Below, piece after piece: positions 1 to 12,797 of a DNA stretch of 64,000 nucleotides. The stretch comes from an uncultured Thermoleophilia bacterium (GTDB lineage Bacteria > Actinomycetota > Thermoleophilia > UBA2241). The notes under the pieces were generated by a model, which searched no databases, was not told where the DNA came from, and saw nothing but the letters and a program-made list of their open reading frames with translations. Positions within the stretch are counted from its first letter, which is position 1. Each line of letters begins with the position of its first letter. A program made the position numbers and the translations under genes. The DNA lies in assembly GCA_963767505.1 (NCBI GenBank), contig CAVYDV010000003.1, positions 64,890-128,889 on the forward strand. Reading direction: 5' to 3'.

Positions 1-742
1 GTGGTCGCGGCGAGTGACGCCTCCTCGCCCAGCCGTGACCTGAGGATCGCCGTCCACATGACCGGCAGGCGGAGCTCCCAGCGCTGACTCAGCTCGACGC
101 GGGGGACGACCTCCCTCGTGTCGGCGTCGAGCTCTGGCTGGTAGAAGCGGTTGAAAAGCACGAGCCCGTCGGCTCCCGCACGGATGACTTCGCGGGCGAA
201 GCTGGCCAGGGTGGTGTAGTAGGGCGAGATCTTGACCGCCAGAGGAATGCTGATCGACTCCTTCAGCGCCCGGATGATGTTGAGGTCGTTGGCCTCCATC
301 GCCGCACCGCTGAGAAAGGGATCGGTCGCGATGTGGTAGAGATTCAGCTCGAGAGCGTCGGCTCCCGCCTCCTCGACGAGTCGCGCATAGCGCATCCATC
401 CGCCGTGGGATGTGGCGTTCAGGCTGGCGATGACCGGTACGTCGAGTCGGCGCTTCATCTCCTGGATGGCCGACAGGTAGCGATCGGTCGTAGACTCGAA
501 GGTCGTGACCTCGGGGAAGTAGTTGAGGGCTTCGGCGAACCCTTCCGCGCCCTCCTCCAGCGCCCGATTGAGCTGGACCTCCTCGTTGACGATCTCCTCC
601 TCGAAGAGCGACGGGAGGACGATGGCCGCCGCGCCACACTCCTGCAAGCGCAGGGCGCTCTCGGGTTCGCGCGTGAACGGCCCCGCCGAGGCGACGAGCG
701 GCGAACGAAGGTCCAATCCGAGGTACGTCGTGCTCAACCGGT

Positions 743-746
<4 letters not shown>
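1..746 (-). CDS. dihydroorotate dehydrogenase-like protein (PFOR-associated DHOD family), partial; 3' end lies beyond the window start
   Basis: Absent from the ORF track because it has no in-window stop. Minus-strand translation from the ATG at 746-744 gives MNRLSTTYLGLDLRSPLVASAGPFTREPESALRLQECGAAAIVLPS...SIPLAVKISPYYT..., a PF01180-like TIM barrel. An SD sequence (ACGGAGG) lies upstream, and its ATG overlaps the PFOR stop (ATGA). Confidence 0.65.
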
Positions 747-4414
<3,668 letters not shown>

Positions 4415-4514
4415 CCCTTCCGCCCCGCCAGTCCGCCCCTCAGACCTGAGAGCCGAGGGACAGCGTCTCCATGCCGGCAGGCGGTGCCGCATCCGTCGCT
4501 AGCGACGGAGTGGT

Positions 4515-4543
4515 ATTTTGAATGGTTCCTGCATCAGTAGCAA
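4515..4543 (-). promoter_or_regulatory. candidate sigma70-type promoter for PFOR (TTGCTA-N17-CAAAAT on the minus strand)
   Basis: An AT-rich island in otherwise GC-rich DNA about 100 nt upstream of the PFOR start. The -35-like hexamer is TTGCTA (4543-4538) and the -10-like hexamer is CAAAAT (4520-4515), with 17-nt spacing. Confidence 0.35.
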
Positions 4544-4585
4544 GCTCCGACACGCCCGGCGCGGACGACCTGACTGCCGGATCCT

Positions 4586-5245
4586 TCATGGGATGACCTC
4601 GTAGCGCGCCCACACCACACCGTCATCGAGCCGCTGGACCTCGACCAGGCGGAGGTGCGCAATGTCGGCGTGCGAGACGGGATCGGGTCCACGCATGAAG
4701 GCACGCGACGTCTCCCCGCCCACCAGCACGGGCTCGAGCAGAACGCTCACCTCGGTCAGGAGCCCGGCGCGCAGGAGCGCTCCGCTGAGCGCGCCTCCGC
4801 TGTCGACGCGTACGCTCTGCACGCCGAAGCGCGCGTTGAGAAGCTCGAGGGCGGCTCGCAAGTCGACGCGGTCGCGGCCCGTCGCAAGCGTCACCACACC
4901 TTGGGCGGCGAGCCGCTCTCGCGCCTCGGCGGGGGTGGCCGCCGCGACGAGCGCGACGGCGTCACGCCAGTACTGCTGCTTGCGCAGCCAATTCCATGTC
5001 CTGAAGCGTCCGCGACTGTCGACGACGACGAGCAGCGGCCCCTCGCCGAGGTCCCCGGGGGCCGGCGGCCGCGCATCGTCTTCGGCAGGCAGACCCGGCC
5101 CCTCGATCAGCGTGTCTGCGCCGGTGAGGATGGCGTCCTCATCGAACCCGGCCGCAAGCGCGTAGAAGCGTCCGATATCAGGCTGGATCCAGTCGATGCG
5201 CCCGTCGAGGCTCGCCTCGACGTGCAGGATGACGCGCGGAAGCAC
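4586..5245 (-). CDS. dihydrofolate reductase family protein (RibD C-terminal domain-like)
   Basis: The 219-aa ORF MLPRVILHVEASLDGRIDWIQPD...VVVDSRGRFRTWNW...LVGGETSRAFM matches the bacterial DHFR/RibD_C fold pattern. It is divergent from ppc. Confidence 0.6.
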   Translation of the reverse strand: MLPRVILHVEASLDGRIDWIQPDIGRFYALAAGFDEDAILTGADTLIEGPGLPAEDDARPPAPGDLGEGPLLVVVDSRGRFRTWNWLRKQQYWRDAVALVAAATPAEARERLAAQGVVTLATGRDRVDLRAALELLNARFGVQSVRVDSGGALSGALLRAGLLTEVSVLLEPVLVGGETSRAFMRGPDPVSHADIAHLRLVEVQRLDDGVVWARYEVIP

Positions 5246-5426
5246 TGCGACTCCTCCCCAACGACGTCTATCGACACCTGCTTCAGTCTACCAGCGACGG
5301 CGCCTCTGCCGGCCGACCAAGGCGCCCCGCCCGACCCGAAGCCCACGATGTGACGGATGCGGGGTCGCTCAGGTACGATTGCATCCCGCGCGTATGCAGC
5401 TGCGCAGAAACCCAAGCGAGGCAACG

Positions 5427-6902
5427 ATGACGAGAGACACGCCGCTCACGATCCCGTGCTGCATGAGCACGCAGCATCCCGACAACGTCAACGTGCCCTT
5501 CTTCTCCTCCGGCCCCGAGCTCAGCGGCGAAGATGAGGTGCAGGAGGCCTACTACGCCTTCTCACACCTGGGGTGCGACGAGCAGATGTGGGACGTCGAG
5601 GGCAAGGAGGTCGACTCATTCGTCGTCAAGAAGCTGCTCACGCGCCACCAGCCGTACTTCAAGGAACACCGTCTGGGCCGCGACGTGTTCGTCACGCTGC
5701 GCGTCCCCAACCCGACGGTCGAGAAGGCGGAGGCGAAGATCCTGCTCGAGACCCTCGAGAGCATCCCGCGGTCGTACGACGCCTCGAAGCTCGTCTTCGG
5801 CGACGACATGCCGCCCATCTTCGAGGTGATCCTGCCCATGACCGCCTCGGCCAAATGCGTGAACCGCGTCTACCACTACTACCGGGACTTCATCGTCGCA
5901 AGACAGAATCGCCCCTTCTACCAGGGCGACGTCTCGATCGCCGAGTGGATCGGGGAGTTCAAGCCCGACACGATCAACGTGATCCCGCTCTTCGAGGACC
6001 TGCCCCAACTGAGCTCGGCGGACGAGATCACCGCGGACTACCTCAAGGGCAAGGATGCCACCGATCAGCGGGTCTTTCTGGCGCGCTCCGACCCGGCGAT
6101 GAACTACGGGATCGTCAGCGCCGTGCTGATGACCAAGATCGCTCTGGCACGCCTGGAGGACCTTCAGGAGCGCAGCGGCGTGAGCATCCACCCGATTCTC
6201 GGTGCCGGATCAGCCCCGTTTCGAGGGAACCTGTCCCCGGCCAACGCGGCGCGAGTGGCCGACGAGTACCCAAGTGTCAAGACCTTCACAGTACAGTCGG
6301 CGTTCAAGTACGATCACGCCCCGACAAAGGTGATGAACGCCATCCGCTATCTGCGCGACCGCGGGGTCCGGCCGGCGCAAGAGATGGACGAGGAGAGCTG
6401 CCACTCTGTGACGGCGAGGTACGCGGCGGAGTACCAGCGGCAGGTGCAGGCGCTCGCGCCCGTGATCAACTCGGTGGCTCGTTTCATACCCGCTCGACGC
6501 AAGCGCAAGCTCCACGTCGGCCTGTTCGGCTATTCGCGTGACCTCGGCGGCACGCAACTGCCGCGCGCCATATCGTTTACTGCGGCGCTCTACTCATTGG
6601 GCGTGCCGCCCGAGCTACTCGGCCTCTCCGCCCTCACCTCCGCAGACCTGAGCAACGTGCGCAGCATGTACCGTCACTTCGACGCGGACATCGAGGACGC
6701 CCTGCGGTTCGCCGACCTCGAGAGTCCGTTCATGCCTAGCGAAATCCGCTCCGCGATCGAGAAGCTGGGCCTCACCGCGAGCGTCGACGGAGAACACCGC
6801 GAGATCGTGCGCCAGATCAGCCAGCTCACGCTCGACGAGCAGAATGAGAACGTCGCCGACTTGGTGGTTCGCGCGGCCAGCCTGCGCCGCTTCCTGGGAT
6901 AG
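5427..6902 (+). CDS. ppcA: archaeal-type phosphoenolpyruvate carboxylase (PepcA family)
   Basis: Within ORF 5196..6902 the in-frame ATG at 5427 gives MTRDTPLTIPCCMSTQHPDNVNVPFF..., the hallmark N-terminus (IPRxMSTQHPDN) of archaeal-type PEPC at about 490 aa. Confidence 0.85.
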   Translation: MTRDTPLTIPCCMSTQHPDNVNVPFFSSGPELSGEDEVQEAYYAFSHLGCDEQMWDVEGKEVDSFVVKKLLTRHQPYFKEHRLGRDVFVTLRVPNPTVEKAEAKILLETLESIPRSYDASKLVFGDDMPPIFEVILPMTASAKCVNRVYHYYRDFIVARQNRPFYQGDVSIAEWIGEFKPDTINVIPLFEDLPQLSSADEITADYLKGKDATDQRVFLARSDPAMNYGIVSAVLMTKIALARLEDLQERSGVSIHPILGAGSAPFRGNLSPANAARVADEYPSVKTFTVQSAFKYDHAPTKVMNAIRYLRDRGVRPAQEMDEESCHSVTARYAAEYQRQVQALAPVINSVARFIPARRKRKLHVGLFGYSRDLGGTQLPRAISFTAALYSLGVPPELLGLSALTSADLSNVRSMYRHFDADIEDALRFADLESPFMPSEIRSAIEKLGLTASVDGEHREIVRQISQLTLDEQNENVADLVVRAASLRRFLG

Positions 6903-6941
6903 GCGTCGGCGCCTGTCACGCCGCCTGCCGGACGTCGTACG

Positions 6942-8087
6942 TCAGCCCGGCTGGCCGCTGGGGCCCGCCTCCAGCGTTCGCAGATACTGCGAGATCGCAT
7001 CGAGTCCGCCCTCGAGCACGTCCCGGGCGCAGGCGTAGCCAAGACGGAAGGAGGACTCCTCGTCGAAGGCCGCCCCGGGGACCACGAAAGCGCCGTTGAA
7101 GTCGAACATCGCCGAGCACAACTGCGTAGAGGCGACCGGGTAATCGTAGCGCACGAGGGTCGTCGTGCCTGCACGCGGGCGCACATGCGCGAGCCGCGGC
7201 TCGCCTGCCAGCCACTCGTCGACCACAGCCAGGTTGCCGCGGACGATCTCGAGGGCTCTGGTGAGCACGGCCTCGTTCGTCAGAGCAATAGCCGCCAGCC
7301 TGTCGTCGAGCACTCCGCAACTGATCGTCGTGTAATCGCGCCGTTCGAGACAACGCTCGATGACGGCAGCGGGTCCCGCGACCCACCCCGTTCGCAGACC
7401 GGCAAGAGAGTACGTCTTCGACATGCTGCCAGTGCTCACGCCTTTCTCGTAGAGATCCGCGATCGAAGGCGCCGTCGTCCCGGGCGTGTGCTCGAGACCC
7501 CGGTAGACCTCGTCGCAGTGGACGTAGGCGCCGCACCCCCTGGCGACGGCGACGATCTCGCCGAGCAGCGCCTCGTCCATCAGGGACCCACTCGGGTTGT
7601 TCGGGTTGTTGATGACGATCAGCCGCGTCTTCCCGTCGACGAGCGAACGTAGCTCATCGGGGTCAGGCAGATAGCCGCTCCCGGAGCACAAGCGCAGCAG
7701 CTTGACTCGCGCGCCAAGCGCCTCCGGCACCGAGTAGAGTTGCTGGTAGGTCGGTTGCACGCAAACGACGGTGTCGCCCGGCTCCACAAGGGCGAAGTGC
7801 ACGAGGAAGTTCGCCCCGATGGCGCCGTTGGCAGTCAGCACCTGATCCGGCGAGATACTCTCTCCGTACAGGCCGGCGATGGCCTCGCGCAGGCGCGGGG
7901 AGCCGGGGACATGGCCGTAGGTGAGCTTCGTCTCGAGTATGGCGCGCAGCGCACCATCCGGATCGCCGCTCACGCCGAGCAGTTCACGAACAGTCAATGG
8001 GTCCACACAGGTCTCGGCTATGTTCCAGCGAGCGGTGGTCTCGCGAGCGTTCATCCACTGCTCGACGGCGAACGGCTTGATGTCCAC
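6942..8087 (-). CDS. class I/II PLP-dependent aminotransferase
   Basis: 381 aa starting MDIKPFAVEQWMNARETTARWNIAETCVDPLTV. The PLP-lysine motif SMSKTYSLAGLRTGW is present, together with NNPNNPSG. Confidence 0.8.
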   Translation of the reverse strand: MDIKPFAVEQWMNARETTARWNIAETCVDPLTVRELLGVSGDPDGALRAILETKLTYGHVPGSPRLREAIAGLYGESISPDQVLTANGAIGANFLVHFALVEPGDTVVCVQPTYQQLYSVPEALGARVKLLRLCSGSGYLPDPDELRSLVDGKTRLIVINNPNNPSGSLMDEALLGEIVAVARGCGAYVHCDEVYRGLEHTPGTTAPSIADLYEKGVSTGSMSKTYSLAGLRTGWVAGPAAVIERCLERRDYTTISCGVLDDRLAAIALTNEAVLTRALEIVRGNLAVVDEWLAGEPRLAHVRPRAGTTTLVRYDYPVASTQLCSAMFDFNGAFVVPGAAFDEESSFRLGYACARDVLEGGLDAISQYLRTLEAGPSGQPG

Positions 8088-8225
8088 GGTGCCTCCCTAT
8101 GGGGCGAGCCGGCGCAGACCGCCGACAGATCGCAGGCATCCTACAGCATCGCCCGCGGCGTGAGTCCCGCGTCGGCTATGCTCTACCTGGTGCTGGCCCC
8201 GGACCCAACCGCAAGGAGAGTCGTG

Positions 8226-9653
8226 ATGGACGCCGCCGAGTTCCGCGAACAGGGTCACGCGCTCATCGACTGGATCGCGGACTACCGCGAGAGCATGGCC
8301 AATCTCCCCGTGATGAGCCGTGTCCAACCCGGCGACATCGCCGCCATGCTCCCCAGTGACCCGCCGCAGCAGGCCGAGGGCCTCACCAGCATCGTGTCCG
8401 ACCTGGACCGGATCGTTCTCCCCGGCATCACTCACTGGAACCACCCAGGCTGGTTCGCGTACTTCCCCTCCAACACCGATCTCTCGTCAGTCCTCGCCGA
8501 CCTGGTAGCCGCTGGCCTCGGGGCCCAAGGCATGAGCTGGCAGACGAGCCCGGCGGCGACGGAAATCGAGGACGTGGTCGTGGAGTGGCTGCGGCGGATG
8601 CTGGGCCTCTCAGATGCCTTCAGTGGAGTGATCCACGACTCGGCGAGCACCGCGACCCTCTGCGCCCTGCTGTGCGCCCGCGAGCGCACGACGCAGTTCA
8701 GCCAGAACCGCGGGGGGCTGCAGGCCGAAGCCACCCCGCTGGTCGTCTACGCGTCCGACCAGGCGCACAGCTCGATCCCCAAGGCGGCTCTGCTGGCGGG
8801 GTTCGGAGCCGAGCACCTGCGCCTGATCGAGACAGACGACGCTCACGCCCTGCGCGTGGACCTCCTGCAGTCGGCTGTTGAGGCGGACATCGCGGCAGGG
8901 CGGCGGCCCTGCGCACTCGTCGCAGCCGTCGGCACTACGGCCACAACAGCGATCGACCCAGTGCGCGCCATGGCGTCCCTGGCGGATCGTCATGGCCTCT
9001 GGCTCCACGTCGACGCCGCGATGATCGGCAACGCCATGATCTGCCCTGAGCACCGCTGGGCGTGGGAGGGCGTGGAAGGCGCCGACTCGCTGGTGCTCAA
9101 CCCGCACAAGTGGCTGGGCACGGGCTTCGACCTCTCTGCCTACTACACGCGCGATCCTGAACACCTCGTACGCGTCATGAGCACGAACCCCAGTTACCTG
9201 AGTACCGATCAGGACGGCAGGGTGCGCAACCTCCGCGACTGGGGGATCCCGCTGGGCCGCCGGTTCCGGGCACTCAAGCTCTGGTTCCTCATCAGGGAGT
9301 ACGGCGTGGAGGGCTTGCAGAACCGCATCCGCCGCGACATCGCCAACGCCGAGTGGCTACGCCGGCAGATCGATGCGGCGCCTGAGTGGGAACGCCTCGC
9401 TCCGGCGCCGTTTCAGACCCTGTGCGTGCGTCACGTGCCGCACGGACTGACCGGGAACGAAGATGCGCTGCGGCCGCACAACCTGGCGCTCGCTGAGCAT
9501 CTCGGTCGCCAAGGCAGATACCATCTCACGCCGGCGATCCTCAAAGGCACGCAGATCCTCCGCATCTCGATCGGCGCACAGGCCACGAAGCGCGAACACG
9601 TGGCAGGGCTCTGGCAGGAACTGCGGGAGGCGGTTCAGTCGAGGCCGATGTAG
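8226..9653 (+). CDS. group II PLP-dependent decarboxylase (aromatic-L-amino-acid / tyrosine decarboxylase-like)
   Basis: The in-frame ATG at 8226 (SD AAGGAGAG) gives MDAAEFREQGHALIDWIADYRE.... Motifs HWNHPGWFAYFPS and NPHKWLGTGFD are the Pyridoxal_deC signature. 475 aa. The upstream part of ORF 7740.. is antisense overlap with the aminotransferase. Confidence 0.85.
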   Translation: MDAAEFREQGHALIDWIADYRESMANLPVMSRVQPGDIAAMLPSDPPQQAEGLTSIVSDLDRIVLPGITHWNHPGWFAYFPSNTDLSSVLADLVAAGLGAQGMSWQTSPAATEIEDVVVEWLRRMLGLSDAFSGVIHDSASTATLCALLCARERTTQFSQNRGGLQAEATPLVVYASDQAHSSIPKAALLAGFGAEHLRLIETDDAHALRVDLLQSAVEADIAAGRRPCALVAAVGTTATTAIDPVRAMASLADRHGLWLHVDAAMIGNAMICPEHRWAWEGVEGADSLVLNPHKWLGTGFDLSAYYTRDPEHLVRVMSTNPSYLSTDQDGRVRNLRDWGIPLGRRFRALKLWFLIREYGVEGLQNRIRRDIANAEWLRRQIDAAPEWERLAPAPFQTLCVRHVPHGLTGNEDALRPHNLALAEHLGRQGRYHLTPAILKGTQILRISIGAQATKREHVAGLWQELREAVQSRPM

Positions 9654-9990
9654 CCGCTGACGCGAGTCCCAAGGCTCTCGTACTCGCCGCACCAGTCATC
9701 CTCGCGCACGCGAGGGAAGGCAGCTTGGGAGAACCCGGCGCGCTCCGGCGACGGAACGACCACGACAGACGGAGACCGCCGCCGGCAGGTCCCCCAGCCA
9801 GGACCGCGATCCCTGGCGAACACCGAACCGCGGGGCTCCTCTCGGCCGAACTGGCAACTGCAGCAACCTGGCTCTTCGAACCCCATTTGCCCTCCCTGTG
9901 AAGTGATCCGTCTCTTCCGGCGCTATCGGCAGGAGAACGGGCGGGCGTGAGACATACGCCTTCTACCACGGGCTGATAGGCTGCCGCGCT

Positions 9991-10551
9991 ATGGCGCCCC
10001 TCACCCTCATCGGGATCGCGGTCGGGCTCGCCATGGACGCGTTCGCAGTCGCAATCGGTGCCGGGCTCACGTTGGGGCGCGTCGACGCACGCCAGACCTT
10101 CCGGCTCGCCTGGCATTTCGGCCTCTTCCAAGCCCTCATGCCGATCATCGGTTGGCTGGCCGGGCTCACCGTCGCGGCGTGGATCTCACCGATCGATCAC
10201 TGGATCGCCTTCGGTCTGCTGGCCGCTATCGGAGGCAAGATGATCTACGAGGCCATAGCGCACGGTGAGGAGCGCGCCCGCCCAGACCCGACGAAAGGCT
10301 GGTCGCTGATCCTTCTCTCGATCGCGACCAGCATCGACGCCTTCGCGGTCGGCCTGTCGCTCGCTCTGCTCGGCGTCGCCATCTGGTATCCGGCTCTGGT
10401 GATAGGCCTTGTCGCAGCCGCCTTCACAGCCGTCGGTCTGCACCTCGGCAGACGCTTCGGCGCCCTGCTCGGACGCCGGATGGAGGTCGCCGGCGGCGTC
10501 ATTCTCATCCTCATCGGCCTGCGGATCCTCATCGAGCATCTCACAGCCTAG
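9991..10551 (+). CDS. mntP: manganese efflux pump MntP
   Basis: 186 aa with 6 TM helices and the duplicated DAFAV motif (LAMDAFAVAIG / SIDAFAVGLS) typical of PF02659. Confidence 0.85.
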   Translation: MAPLTLIGIAVGLAMDAFAVAIGAGLTLGRVDARQTFRLAWHFGLFQALMPIIGWLAGLTVAAWISPIDHWIAFGLLAAIGGKMIYEAIAHGEERARPDPTKGWSLILLSIATSIDAFAVGLSLALLGVAIWYPALVIGLVAAAFTAVGLHLGRRFGALLGRRMEVAGGVILILIGLRILIEHLTA

Positions 10552-10556
10552 CGGGA

Positions 10557-11042
10557 TCACCCCGGAACAGGTTCAGCGGGAGCACCCGCTCTGACCTCGC
10601 CTCGCGAGTTAGTCCTGGTGTTCCTCTTCCGCCCCCACCAGTCGCCGGCGGGCACGACCTCGGTCGCGACCGGGCGCGCGTATCGACCTTCGGTGTCCAG
10701 CGCCCGGACCGCCTGCGTCGCTGCGGCACTCTGCTCCGTAGAGTGGAAGAAGACCGCCGAGCGGTACTGGGAGCCGACGTCAGGCCCCTGCCGCCCCCGC
10801 TGAGTGGGGTCGTGCATGGCGAAGAAGGCGGACAGCAGATCCTCGTAGCTGATCGCTTCCGGGTCATACTCGACCCGGACGGCTTCGGCGTGACCCGTCG
10901 TGTGCGAGCACACCTTCCGATATGTCGGATGTGCGGTGGAGCCGCCCGTGCAGCCGACCTCGGTCGACCGAACGCCACGAAGACACGCGAACTCGGCCTC
11001 CACTCCCCAGAAGCAGCCGGCCGCGAATGTCGCGATCGCCAC
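10557..11042 (-). CDS. msrA: peptide-methionine (S)-S-oxide reductase MsrA
   Basis: The C-terminal 160 aa of ORF 10557..11504 reads ATFAAGCFWGVEAEF...GHAEAVRVEYDP...SQYRSAVF. The probable GTG start at 11042 is preceded by GGGAAGGAGG. The upstream part of that ORF is low-complexity, non-homologous read-through. Confidence 0.85.
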   Translation of the reverse strand: MAIATFAAGCFWGVEAEFACLRGVRSTEVGCTGGSTAHPTYRKVCSHTTGHAEAVRVEYDPEAISYEDLLSAFFAMHDPTQRGRQGPDVGSQYRSAVFFHSTEQSAAATQAVRALDTEGRYARPVATEVVPAGDWWGRKRNTRTNSRGEVRAGAPAEPVPG

Positions 11043-11074
11043 GAGCGCCTCCTTCCCGCCCTCTCCGAGCCTGC

Positions 11075-11120
11075 GGTCAAGGCACACACGCCTCTGCGGT
11101 CCCCAAGAGGAGCCTTGACC
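11075..11120 (-). other. intergenic stem-loop GGTCAAGGC-N28-GCCTTGACC between the rSAM gene and msrA
   Basis: Perfect 9-bp inverted repeat with an internal CCTCT/AGAGG pair. There is no U-tract. The same GGTCAAGGC motif recurs upstream of the rSAM gene. Confidence 0.4.
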
Positions 11121-11133
11121 ACACGCGCTGGCG

Positions 11134-12597
11134 TCAGACGGGCGCCCGGTCCACCGCGCGTGTCTCCTGGGAGTTCCCCGTCGCCGGCGGCTCGACCCTC
11201 CGCGGCGGTCGCGGACGCAGGCTCGCCAGCATGCGCTCGTGAGCACGGTTGTCCGCATCCTTGCGCCACATGCGCGCATACCACCACAGCCAGCCGCGCT
11301 CGAGCATCCTGTCCCAGCTGCTCCTGTCGCGCTTGGTGAGCAACGCCCGCAGCGAATCCACGACTCGCCTCGTGCTGTAGAAGCGCCGATTGCCGCGCAA
11401 CGTCTCGCGCTGCAGATGGACTGGTGAAGTCTGCCGTGGCCTGAACACCACATGCTGAGCGTCGTAGAGCTCCCAGTCCTTGGTGATGAGCCTGTCCTCG
11501 GCATCGAGTTCGGCGAACTGCTGGGTGCCCGGCAGCGGGGTGAGGATGTTGAGCATCACCGTGTCGATGTGGTTCTTGAGGGCGAAGGTGACCGTGTCGC
11601 GCACGGTCTGTACGGTGTCTGTGTCGGCGCCGAGCACGAACATGCCGTGGCTACGGATCCCGTAGCCGTGCAGGATCTCGATGGAGCGCTCGATGTCCTC
11701 GACCGTCTGCGATTTCTCGAAGTGGTCCAGGGTGTCCTGGCTGACCGACTCGAGGCCGAGAGCGACGAAGTCACAGCCGGAGCGCCGCATGAGGGCGAGC
11801 AGCTCGGGGTCGCGCACGACGTCGGTGCGTACCTGAGCGCCCCACGGCATCGCGAGACCCTCATCGATCATCATCTGCAGCAGCCGCTTGAGGCGGCGCT
11901 TGTTGGCGGCGAAGTTGTCGTCGTAGAAGAAGATGCGCTTGGGGCGCTTCTCCTTGATCTCGGCGATCACGCTCTCGGCGCTGCGGAAGCGGTACTTGCG
12001 CCCGAACATCGCGGTCACCGAGCAGAAGTTGCAGGCGAACGGGCAACCCCAGCTGGTCATGATGGGGATGTTCGAGAGACGCTCGTAGCCCTTGATCAGA
12101 GAGAGGTCCGGGAACGGCAGCGTGTCGAGGTCGGCGCAGGGCTCGCGCAGCTGGTTGTGCACGGCGACGCCCTCGCGCAGGAAGGAGAGGCCGGCCACGT
12201 CCTCGAACTGGCGCCGGCCTTCGAGCGCCTCGATGAGCTCGAGCATGGTCTGCTCCCCGCCCTCGCCACGCGCCACGTAGTCGCCGTGTTCGAGCGCCTC
12301 GTCGGCCATGAAGGTGACGTGCGAGCCGCCGTGGATCACGGGGATGCCGCGCCAGCGCAGGTCGTCGGCGACGGCGTAGGCGGCCGGCGTGGTCGACGTG
12401 GTGCTAGAAAGCCCGACGAGGTCTGCGGAGTGCACATCGTCCCAGTCGATCGGCGCCAGATTGGGATGGTAGATGCGCACGTCGTGCCCCTGGGCCTTGA
12501 GCGTGGCACCGATGATGGGCAGACCGAGGCGGACGAAGTACGACTGCGACCAGAGATGCATGCTGGGCGCGTCGGGTTCGATGAGGCGTATCTTCAT
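11134..12597 (-). CDS. B12-binding domain-containing radical SAM protein (class B rSAM, function unknown)
   Basis: 487 aa. N-terminal cobalamin-binding Rossmann domain (MKIRLIEP...GHDVRIYHP...ADLVGLSS). rSAM cluster motif SWGCPFACNFCS (CX3CX2C). COG1032/HpnJ-like architecture. Confidence 0.85.
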   Translation of the reverse strand: MKIRLIEPDAPSMHLWSQSYFVRLGLPIIGATLKAQGHDVRIYHPNLAPIDWDDVHSADLVGLSSTTSTTPAAYAVADDLRWRGIPVIHGGSHVTFMADEALEHGDYVARGEGGEQTMLELIEALEGRRQFEDVAGLSFLREGVAVHNQLREPCADLDTLPFPDLSLIKGYERLSNIPIMTSWGCPFACNFCSVTAMFGRKYRFRSAESVIAEIKEKRPKRIFFYDDNFAANKRRLKRLLQMMIDEGLAMPWGAQVRTDVVRDPELLALMRRSGCDFVALGLESVSQDTLDHFEKSQTVEDIERSIEILHGYGIRSHGMFVLGADTDTVQTVRDTVTFALKNHIDTVMLNILTPLPGTQQFAELDAEDRLITKDWELYDAQHVVFRPRQTSPVHLQRETLRGNRRFYSTRRVVDSLRALLTKRDRSSWDRMLERGWLWWYARMWRKDADNRAHERMLASLRPRPPRRVEPPATGNSQETRAVDRAPV

Positions 12598-12623
12598 GAA
12601 GGTCCTTTGGATGTGACCGGGGC

Positions 12624-12659
12624 GGTCAAGGCATGACCGGCCACCGCACGGTGGCCTTG
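12624..12659 (-). other. 5'-leader hairpin(s) upstream of the rSAM gene (GGCCACC-GCAC-GGTGGCC; alternative GGTCAAGGC...GCCTTG pairing)
   Basis: A 7-bp perfect stem at 12639-12656 lies 42-59 nt upstream of the rSAM ATG. It overlaps a mutually exclusive CAAGGC/GCCTTG pairing that shares its motif with the downstream hairpin. Confidence 0.35.
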
Positions 12660-12797
12660 CAGTTCATACCCACAATACAGGATAAGCCAGACAATCGCCG
12701 TCCTCCATGCTGCGTCGGCCTCTGATAGCGTGTCGATGACCATAGTCAACGGCCGAGACGGCCATGCTGGTTCGAGACCGGCCAGCGGCCGGCCGCG

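Noticed and set aside
5381-5399. TGCAT-N9-ATGCA inverted repeat upstream of ppc, and other short 5-bp inverted repeats
   Set aside because: Five-bp arms at this spacing occur frequently by chance in 64 kb. No regulator context is present, so it is not reported as a site.
9635-9886. 83-aa Cys-containing minus-strand ORF between the decarboxylase and mntP
   Set aside because: Third-position GC is only moderate. It is antisense to the mntP leader and overlaps the decarboxylase 3' end. No homology was recognised.
11452-12636. 394-aa plus-strand ORF
   Set aside because: It is entirely antisense to the well-supported B12-rSAM gene. Long stop-free antisense frames are expected at about 70% GC. It has no domain signatures and an R/G/A-rich low-complexity composition.
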